A stretch of DNA of 64,000 nt, taken from IMG/VR virus record IMGVR_UViG_2061766007_000680. One strand, 5' to 3'. Positions 56,613-64,000 of the stretch are shown piece after piece. Every line of letters begins with the position of its first letter. Positions within the stretch are counted from its first letter, which is position 1. This DNA comes from an uncultured virus (IMG/VR IMGVR_UViG_2061766007_000680). Lineage: Duplodnaviria; Heunggongvirae; Uroviricota; Caudoviricetes. The notes below the pieces were generated by a model. That model ran no database searches. It was given only the letters and a program-made list of their open reading frames with translations, and was not told the DNA's origin. Both the position numbers and the translations under genes were made by a program.

Positions 56613-57662
56613 ATGAGGATACCAGAAATAAAACGGATGGAAGACCTCTTGATCGAGTTCCTTGGTGAACCAAAATCAAGATATGGTAGTGAGATAGAAG
56701 GGCAGCGCATATTTAATTGTCCATGCTGTTCTGAAGAGAATGGTGGCGTTCCAGATGGGAAATACAATTTAGAGGTTACATTTGAGAAAGACTTAAATAA
56801 CGGTGGTTTATTTAATTGTTGGAAGTGTTCTAGCTGTGATAGGGGTATGAGTGGTAACGTATATAAATTAATTAGAAAATACGGGAACCCAACTATCTAT
56901 AAAGAGTACAAAGAGTGTGTCAAAACGATCATGGCCAGTAGGATGTATGATATTGATGCATTTACTGGCAATACAACAACTGTTATTGAGAAAGAAGCAA
57001 TTCGTTTACCAAAAACATTCAAAAAAATAGATATTGCTACATGTAGGAACAGAACGTTATTAGCATATCTGGAGAAGCGTAAGATAGATCAAAAAATGAT
57101 AGATAGATTTAATCTTGGTTACACAGAATGGGATAACGAAGATTTTGGCTTTAGAAATAGGCTTATAATACCTTCTTATGATCAATTCGGTGAATTGAAC
57201 TATTTTGTTGGTAGAGACTATACTGGTAAGGGTAAAATAAAATACCGCAACTGTGATGCAGATAAAAAGGAATTAATATTCCAAGAATCATTGATTGACT
57301 GGGATGCCCCTATCTACTTATGCGAAGGCGCATTTGACGCTATGAGATTCCCAAATAATGGAATATCAATGTTGGGTAAAGTATTAACAAAAGATACTGC
57401 ACTGTTCCAGGCATTACATTCAAAAGCAAACTCAACTGTTACTATTGTATTAGATGGAGATACACACGAAGAAGAAACAAAAAGAATCTATATGCTTTTG
57501 GACTTTGGCCGTTTAAAAGGTAAGGTTAGGTATATCAACATGGCTGAGGATTGTAACTATAAAGATATGAGTGAGTTATATGAACACGAAGGCAAAAAAG
57601 GTGTAATAGATTTGCTTAGAAAACAAAGAGAGTATAGCGAATATGAATTAATATTTGAATAA
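56613..57662 (+). CDS. DNA primase (zinc finger plus TOPRIM)
   Basis: CPCC...CWKC, RLIIPSYD, FVGR, LCEGAFDA, VLDGD, KDMSE. Confidence 0.88.
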   Translation: MRIPEIKRMEDLLIEFLGEPKSRYGSEIEGQRIFNCPCCSEENGGVPDGKYNLEVTFEKDLNNGGLFNCWKCSSCDRGMSGNVYKLIRKYGNPTIYKEYKECVKTIMASRMYDIDAFTGNTTTVIEKEAIRLPKTFKKIDIATCRNRTLLAYLEKRKIDQKMIDRFNLGYTEWDNEDFGFRNRLIIPSYDQFGELNYFVGRDYTGKGKIKYRNCDADKKELIFQESLIDWDAPIYLCEGAFDAMRFPNNGISMLGKVLTKDTALFQALHSKANSTVTIVLDGDTHEEETKRIYMLLDFGRLKGKVRYINMAEDCNYKDMSELYEHEGKKGVIDLLRKQREYSEYELIFE

Positions 57663-57706
57663 TATTTGTATATTTACATAAACTATTAAAAAAAAATATA
57701 GGTAAC

Positions 57707-58105
57707 ATGAAGGTAGAAGACTTAATGATTGGGGATTTGGTTCATATAACTGAACCAGATGAATATAATGGCTATAATGCCAAAGTAAAAATTGTAAATA
57801 GTGAAACTGGATATATCACAGTCTTTATAGATGGTGGTGTTCTTCATGATGTTCTCTGTGATGATTTAACACCAATCCCTCTTACCGAAGAAATTCTAAA
57901 GAATAACGGTTTTGTTCAAGTAAAATGGGAAAGGGACAGTTGGGAATGTAACGAACTTTCGGGAATTGATGTTCGAATAATGATGAATGGTTTACCAATT
58001 TGGGGAGGAGGAGATCAGGATCATGTTTATATTAATTGTGAATATGTTCATAAACTTCAACATTACTTAAAAGATTTAGAAATAGATAAAGAAATAGAAC
58101 TATGA
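57707..58105 (+). CDS. hypothetical phage protein
   Basis: EDLMIGDLV...PIPLTEEILKNNGF...YVHKLQH. Confidence 0.7.
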   Translation: MKVEDLMIGDLVHITEPDEYNGYNAKVKIVNSETGYITVFIDGGVLHDVLCDDLTPIPLTEEILKNNGFVQVKWERDSWECNELSGIDVRIMMNGLPIWGGGDQDHVYINCEYVHKLQHYLKDLEIDKEIEL

Positions 58106-58467
58106 CATACAAGATTTTTTACAAAGACCACCAAATGTTCGATATTGAACTCTATGTGGCATATTTCGAAAAAAAATATTATACAGAAATTAAACCGTAT
58201 ATAATTGCAGAAGGTTTAGGCTATTATATTATCGAAAACATAAAAACCCCACAAGAACTTGAACAACTATTGGCTGATGTAAATGAGGTTGACGATTTAA
58301 GAGGTTTGTTATTCGAGGGATATTGGATAGGTAAAGAGTGGGAAAATAGTTGTCTCGAAGATTGTAATAAAGCAGACAAACGAATGTGCCAAATACACAG
58401 GCCTAAGTTTGAAGAAATAATGAACGCGTTTTGTAAGAAATATAACCTTTTCTTAATAACAGATTGA
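58102..58467 (+). CDS. hypothetical protein
   Basis: 121 aa ORF. Confidence 0.65.
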   Translation: MTYKIFYKDHQMFDIELYVAYFEKKYYTEIKPYIIAEGLGYYIIENIKTPQELEQLLADVNEVDDLRGLLFEGYWIGKEWENSCLEDCNKADKRMCQIHRPKFEEIMNAFCKKYNLFLITD

Positions 58468-59315
58468 TTATGGTAAAAAAGATTATACATACTGGCGATA
58501 TACACATACATAATTATCGAAGATTAGATGAATATAAGATCCAACTTCAGAAATTCATAGACAAATGTAAGGAAGTTGTAAAACAATACGATAAGGATGA
58601 GGTTCGTATTGTGATTGCGGGTGATTTAGTACATAGTAAGACTGAATTGTCTCCAGAGTGTTATACGTTAGCGTCTTGGTTCTTGAAACAACTGGATACA
58701 ATATGCAAAACCATTGTTATTGCGGGTAATCATGATATTATACCGAACTTGTCTCGTCTTGACCCATTGTCTGTTGTTTTTTCAATGTGTAAATTCAAAC
58801 AAGTACATTATATAGACAAGGATTTGAATTATGGATCTGGGACAATCGAAGACGATAATATAATATGGTGTTTATATTCAATATTTGATAATTTCAAAGA
58901 ACCATGTGTGTTGGATGTAAGAGATTTTCATTTTAGGTCTGGAATAGATGATTCAAAAACAAGATATGTTGCTTTGTTTCATGGTGATATAAAATCAGCA
59001 AAAACCGATACTGGTTATGTAACCGAAAATGGGTTAAACCCAAATATTTTTAATTGTGTAGACTTTGGGTTATTTGGCCACATACATAAAAGACAGTGTA
59101 TTAAAGCAGATGGAATACCCCTTGTTTATTGTGGCAGTTTAATTCAACAAGACTTTGGTGAGAACACGTCTAATCATGGATTCTTGTTGTGGGATGTAGA
59201 GGATTGCACTTACGAAGAGATAAATATACCTAATGATGATTACGGCTATTATACATTTAGTATAAATAATGTGGCTGATTTGGATGAGGATAACGAAGAG
59301 ATAATCAATCTTTAA
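58464..59315 (+). CDS. SbcD/Mre11/T4 gp47-like nuclease
   Basis: HTGDIH, IAGDLVH, AGNHD, LFHG, GHIH, YCGSLIQQDFGE. Confidence 0.9.
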   Translation: MIMVKKIIHTGDIHIHNYRRLDEYKIQLQKFIDKCKEVVKQYDKDEVRIVIAGDLVHSKTELSPECYTLASWFLKQLDTICKTIVIAGNHDIIPNLSRLDPLSVVFSMCKFKQVHYIDKDLNYGSGTIEDDNIIWCLYSIFDNFKEPCVLDVRDFHFRSGIDDSKTRYVALFHGDIKSAKTDTGYVTENGLNPNIFNCVDFGLFGHIHKRQCIKADGIPLVYCGSLIQQDFGENTSNHGFLLWDVEDCTYEEINIPNDDYGYYTFSINNVADLDEDNEEIINL

Positions 59316-59318
59316 TAT

Positions 59319-59522
59319 ATGGAAGACTATATTGATTTAGACCTTACAACAGAAGAGGGGCAACAACGAACGAAACAGTTAATAAAAGAGTCTTTGATCA
59401 AATTTGATGAAAAGGATAAAGCCTTCATTGGAAATCTTCTGTATATCATGTTAAATACTATTAGTGAACAGCAAGTAAGACTTGAAACAATTGAAGAATT
59501 TTTGCGTAAAAGTAATAATTAA
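59319..59522 (+). CDS. hypothetical protein
   Basis: 67 aa ORF. Confidence 0.5.
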   Translation: MEDYIDLDLTTEEGQQRTKQLIKESLIKFDEKDKAFIGNLLYIMLNTISEQQVRLETIEEFLRKSNN

Positions 59523-59652
59523 AAAAAAATATTAATATTATGTATAAGACTATTAGTTATTCAAAATCAAAAAAACGCCCGTTAACGAGGAGTGAGTATG
59601 AATCATACCATGAGTACAATACATATACAAATGAAAATGATAGAGATTAATT

Positions 59653-60204
59653 ATGGAAACTACAAAAACACAATCAAGGGAAGAGGCATATACTTTATAT
59701 AACCAGAATCATTTCCTATTAAAATGCCCATATTGTGGGGCGGAATTGATCGTTTGCCATTCTGAACTAAATGTAAGAATGTTTGAACCACATGAGGAAG
59801 AATATGAGTACTGGGTAATGGGTGATGAAAAACATGAAAAACATATCGGTAAACGAATGACTTCTTCGGATCATTCGAAAGATGTTTTTGAGAATATTAA
59901 ATGTTGTAAATGCGGTCACATATGGGATGAGCCAGTTAGTGGTATGTTCGATAAAAAATGTCAGCCAGATGGTGAACAAGTTGAAGTTTTTGAACTGAAT
60001 GAAACTGAAACAAAAAGGGCTAAAGAATTTATAAAAAAACACAGGCATGCCGAAGAGTTAGACAAAGAACACAAAATAGGTTTTACAGCCTTAGGTCATC
60101 AATTTACCTATAGCATTACGTCTGGTGGATTTGGGTCACTTGTTTCAATAAAATGTAATTACTGTGGAGAAAGCGAAGATATAACAGATATTGAAAATTG
60201 GTAA
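59653..60204 (+). CDS. zinc-ribbon hypothetical protein
   Basis: CPYC, CCKC and CNYC motifs. Confidence 0.65.
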   Translation: METTKTQSREEAYTLYNQNHFLLKCPYCGAELIVCHSELNVRMFEPHEEEYEYWVMGDEKHEKHIGKRMTSSDHSKDVFENIKCCKCGHIWDEPVSGMFDKKCQPDGEQVEVFELNETETKRAKEFIKKHRHAEELDKEHKIGFTALGHQFTYSITSGGFGSLVSIKCNYCGESEDITDIENW

Positions 60205-60208
60205 AAAC

Positions 60209-60478
60209 ATGGAAAACAAATTATTTAACTTACTGTGTCAATTAGAGGCAGTACACAAAATATTAGAACATGACGGCAATGAATTAACTGTTTGCTATTC
60301 CAATAGCGAGAAGTCTAAAAAAATTCAAGAGGAAGTTAATGTATTAGCCGTAAAAGAAGTTGAACTATACAACGCAATTCGAAATGAATTGTTTACTCCA
60401 AAGAAAGTGGAGAATGAACCAAAGAAAATAATTAAGAAAGAAGGTAGGTCAAAATTACCTATATTTAATAAGAAATAA
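60209..60478 (+). CDS. hypothetical protein
   Basis: Likely start MENKLF. Confidence 0.55.
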   Translation: MENKLFNLLCQLEAVHKILEHDGNELTVCYSNSEKSKKIQEEVNVLAVKEVELYNAIRNELFTPKKVENEPKKIIKKEGRSKLPIFNKK

Positions 60479-60481
60479 AGA

Positions 60482-61771
60482 ATGCAAGAAACACCTGACA
60501 TATATTCTTTAATAGATAGTGGTCGTAATTTGTTCATAACAGGTAAGGCTGGAACTGGTAAAACAACACTGCTTAAACAAATTACGGAAGAACACAAAAA
60601 CGAATGTGTAGTTGTGGCACCAACTGGTGTCGCAGCTATTAATGCCGCAGGTGTTACTATTCATAGTTTATTTTCATTAGATATCGGCGTACAAGAGCCA
60701 GACAAAGCATTTGATTGGAGGATACCAGCATCAAAGAAGGCAGTCCTCAGGAAGATCAAAATACTAATCATTGATGAAATTTCAATGGTTCGTTGCGACC
60801 TAATGGATGCCATTGACCGAAGATTACGTAGTGCTAAAAAATCAAGATTACCATTCGGAGGTGTACAAGTTCTAATGTTCGGAGATATGATGCAACTACC
60901 TCCAGTTGTTACTAACGACGAGGGTAATGTATTGGCGGAGTATTATGATGATTTTTATTTCTTTAACGCATTAGTATTCAAAGAGTGTGATTTCCGTGTA
61001 GTTGAATTAAAAGAAATATTCAGACAAACTGATAAAGATTTTATCGAACTACTTAGTGATGTACGAGAAGGCAAACTATCTGACAAATCAAAAGAGATGG
61101 TAAAACAGATGGTAAATAACAAGCAAACAGATAACACTATCCACTTGTGTGCCTTAAGAAACGTTGCTGAATCATACAACACTGAAAGATTAGGCTATCC
61201 TACGCATATTATTAAGGCTGATATATCTGGAGACTTCAACCCAAAGAATGCTACGTGCGACCTTGAACTTAAATTGAAGGTAGGGGCAAGAGTAATGATT
61301 ACTAAAAACGAAACCATATCAGGTGACTATTGCAATGGTACACTTGGTATAGTAAAAGAGATAAAACCAGATCATATCCAGGTCATGACAGATGAGGGTA
61401 GACTGGTAATAATAACCCCACAAACAATAGATAGTTATAAGTACGACGTGGTTGCCGAGATGGAAGACGGGGAAATAAAAAGTGTAATTAAAAAGTTCAT
61501 TACTGGCCGATGCACACAATACCCATTGACGTTGGCGTATGCAGTAACTATTCATAAATCACAGGGGTTGACATTCGATAGTGTTGCACTACATATTAAA
61601 GAGATATTCCAGTCTGGGCAATTATACACAGCACTAAGTAGATGTAGAAAAGCAAGTGGTGTATCAATAGACACTCCTATTACAGATAAAATGCTGATTA
61701 GAAACAATTCAATAGAACGTTTCTTGAAGATCATAGAAGAAAATAATAACAACTATGGATACATACACTAA
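60482..61771 (+). CDS. PIF1-like SF1B DNA helicase
   Basis: TGKAGTGKT, APTGVAA, IIDEISM, GDMMQLPPV, FRQ, AYAVTIHKSQGLT, LYTALSR. Confidence 0.93.
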   Translation: MQETPDIYSLIDSGRNLFITGKAGTGKTTLLKQITEEHKNECVVVAPTGVAAINAAGVTIHSLFSLDIGVQEPDKAFDWRIPASKKAVLRKIKILIIDEISMVRCDLMDAIDRRLRSAKKSRLPFGGVQVLMFGDMMQLPPVVTNDEGNVLAEYYDDFYFFNALVFKECDFRVVELKEIFRQTDKDFIELLSDVREGKLSDKSKEMVKQMVNNKQTDNTIHLCALRNVAESYNTERLGYPTHIIKADISGDFNPKNATCDLELKLKVGARVMITKNETISGDYCNGTLGIVKEIKPDHIQVMTDEGRLVIITPQTIDSYKYDVVAEMEDGEIKSVIKKFITGRCTQYPLTLAYAVTIHKSQGLTFDSVALHIKEIFQSGQLYTALSRCRKASGVSIDTPITDKMLIRNNSIERFLKIIEENNNNYGYIH

Positions 61772-61974
61772 ACAATTCGAGTATAAACTATATACAGACC
61801 GTGATATTTTTAAAGACCGTTTTGTAATTTTGAGTTATTCAGATAAACCGCCAATCGCATATTGGCTCTTCTATCCAGATGGAAATTATGGTCCAAAGTA
61901 AATTTTTTCTCCCCAAAATTTTTATATGTTAAAAAAAAACAGTACCTTTGCAGCAGATTTAAAATTTGAATAAC

Positions 61975-62388
61975 ATGAATGAATTAACTAATGGGCTGTA
62001 TACTACGCCCGAACAAAGTAAACGATTGTTAGAGTTAGGGGTACCTGCTGATAGTGCGGATTGCTATATTCAGATATCCGAATGTATAAAGTACAACTTT
62101 GATGAAAAGCACGAAGAAATATATAAAAAGTATGAATATGGAATAATAGGCGGTTCTGGTATATTTGGAAGTGAACTACCAGCACTCCTCCGTCTGTCTG
62201 ACGGTTCTCCAGAATATCTTCCATGTTGGTCGGTTGGTCGGCTGATTAATATATATGTCTATTTATCGTCTCACGAATATGTTAGTCTTATATTCAAAAA
62301 GACATTCACTCCGATGGATAAGATACTTGATAAGTTTGAAAAAGACGCCAAAAATAGCATTTTGGACTTTTCAAAATTGGATGAATAA
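61975..62388 (+). CDS. hypothetical phage protein
   Basis: TTPEQSKRLLELGV...PCWSVGRL; follows the promoter at 61943. Confidence 0.65.
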   Translation: MNELTNGLYTTPEQSKRLLELGVPADSADCYIQISECIKYNFDEKHEEIYKKYEYGIIGGSGIFGSELPALLRLSDGSPEYLPCWSVGRLINIYVYLSSHEYVSLIFKKTFTPMDKILDKFEKDAKNSILDFSKLDE

Positions 62389-62497
62389 TTTTATAGACTA
62401 TCTTTAATTGATAGAATTATTATTAAACTATTGTATTTTAGTTTCAAAAATAAAAAAAAGAAAACAACATTTTATAATAATATAATTTACATAAATC

Positions 62498-63124
62498 ATG
62501 GAAACAAATAAACAATGGAAACGTGTGCCGTTCGACATCGAACTGGCAAAGAAAATTCAATCAGGAGAGATTGAAGGGAGAATTCTTTGTGAATCGGGAA
62601 GTGTACATCCAGATGTCATTATACCTAGAATCTTGTGTTATGATGCAAACAGCGATTTTCCTATAATTACATTATGTGAATACAATGCGAGAATAGTCAC
62701 TTTTAGTGTAAATGGAAAATCAAACATCATATATGGTGTATATACGCTCTTTATCGAACTACCAGAAGAAACACCAAAGATATATCCTTATGACACAGTA
62801 AGGGACAAAATAAATGAAGCGGACTGGAAAGCAGCAAAAGAAACATTCCCCGATTCAGGAAATATGCAAAGTGCATTTATATCTGGTATAGCTTATCAAA
62901 TATGTAAAGAAATAGATTTAAAAAAATCTATGGAGCATAAGTTCAAACCGTTTGATAAGGTGTTGGTGAGAGATGATGAGGAAGAAATATGGCAACCTCG
63001 TTTATATGAAATATATTCTGGAGGAACAGAGAAACACTATTGTCAAGACGGGCAAGGATACGCACAGTGCATTCCTTATGAAGGTAATGAACACTTAGTA
63101 GGTGCAACTAATAATCCTGAATAA
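62498..63124 (+). CDS. hypothetical phage protein
   Basis: VPFDIELAKKI N-terminus; FKPFDKVLVRD...QCIPYEGNEHL C-terminus. Confidence 0.7.
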   Translation: METNKQWKRVPFDIELAKKIQSGEIEGRILCESGSVHPDVIIPRILCYDANSDFPIITLCEYNARIVTFSVNGKSNIIYGVYTLFIELPEETPKIYPYDTVRDKINEADWKAAKETFPDSGNMQSAFISGIAYQICKEIDLKKSMEHKFKPFDKVLVRDDEEEIWQPRLYEIYSGGTEKHYCQDGQGYAQCIPYEGNEHLVGATNNPE

Positions 63125-63223
63125 ATTAGGGAATGGAATTATTAGTCAGTTACTCACCACTAAAGTAGTGGGTTTACACGCAGTTTTGATCATGAAAAAT
63201 AAAAAATAATAAATTAAAAAAAT

Positions 63224-63766
63224 ATGATATCAATAATTTTTATATGTATCGGGATTTTGCTATTTACTGTTTATAACAGCGTAGCAGTTGGATTATTTGG
63301 GTTTCCATGGAGTATGAGTGAAACGTATTATCTATACGAAAAAAAGAAAAAAGGACTTGGATGGCTGTTTACTATTTTTATGTGGCTTCTTGCTTTTATC
63401 ATGATGCCAAGTTGGCTAACAGTTTCTGATGGCATTGGTGGATGGAGAAGTAATTTAACATTTTTAGCATTTATATCCGCAGCAAGCATGTTATTTATTG
63501 GGGCAGCACCAAGATATAAGGCATCGTTTGAAAGCACTGTACATACAATAGCCGCATTAATTTGCGCCGCAACAGCATTATTATGGGATTTTCTTGTTTG
63601 TTGGGATATATGGTATGCAACATTAACTGGAATGACAATACCTGCAATTGTAGCAACAATAACTAAAAGTTGGAAAACAAGTAGAGATTTTTGGTTGGAA
63701 ATGATGGCATTTGGCGGAACCTTTTCGGTATTACTAGTAGAATCAATAATACTTTATTTGAAATAG
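63224..63766 (+). CDS. multi-pass membrane protein
   Basis: About six hydrophobic helices; PWSMSETYY. Confidence 0.75.
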   Translation: MISIIFICIGILLFTVYNSVAVGLFGFPWSMSETYYLYEKKKKGLGWLFTIFMWLLAFIMMPSWLTVSDGIGGWRSNLTFLAFISAASMLFIGAAPRYKASFESTVHTIAALICAATALLWDFLVCWDIWYATLTGMTIPAIVATITKSWKTSRDFWLEMMAFGGTFSVLLVESIILYLK

Positions 63767-64000
63767 TTATGAGAATGACAAAATTTGATCCTAATTGTGA
63801 AGGATTAATAATAACACTAAAATGTCCGTGCTGTGGAGATAATATAGAGTGCGAAATTAATGATTTGCCTTATTATTATCAAATTGCCAAAGACTATTAT
63901 TTTCAGTGTAATTGTGGCACAAACATAGTTATTGACGTTTTTTCTAATAGGGTAGAAGGAAATGTAATTGCGTGGAATGAATGCGGTGAGAATTATAATC

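Noticed and set aside
4703..59315. SbcC-like and SbcD-like genes 51 kb apart as evidence of misassembly
   Set aside because: Dispersal of functionally linked genes is common in jumbo phages; promoter motifs and composition are uniform across the window
1..64000. Stop-codon reassignment (TAG to Gln, as in some Prevotella megaphages)
   Set aside because: Conserved genes are full length in code 11, several genes end naturally at TAG, and no clear CUA-anticodon tRNA is present

Overview
AT-rich 64-kb segment of a large (jumbo/mega-type) dsDNA phage, probably infecting a Bacteroidota host: the Bacteroidota -7 promoter TAnnTTTG recurs throughout, and standard code 11 gives long, densely packed ORFs. 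Recognisable genes include a sigma70-like factor, SbcC/gp46 and SbcD/gp47 nucleases, a RuvC-like resolvase, primase, PIF1-like helicase, deoxynucleoside kinase, DnaK, GrpE, thioredoxin, a ferredoxin-thioredoxin reductase subunit, SPFH and NfeD proteins, glycosyltransferases, a solo TnpB and several homing endonucleases. A 12.6-kb RNA-rich region (about 15.8-28.5 kb) holds about 19 tRNAs, one split by a group I intron. It also holds several non-canonical tRNA-like RNAs, a possible miniature RNase P-like RNA, large structured non-coding blocks and about 10 copies of a GGA-loop hairpin. The strongest candidate for an undescribed system is a DUF2828-type (TROVE/Ro60-like plus vWA) gene flanked by four co-oriented 64-77 nt RNA units with covarying terminal stems and a conserved NNAC(A/U)GCAAA motif. 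A circularly permuted (YrlA-like) tRNA mimic lies elsewhere in the window. All family assignments are by visual motif recognition; no database searches were run.
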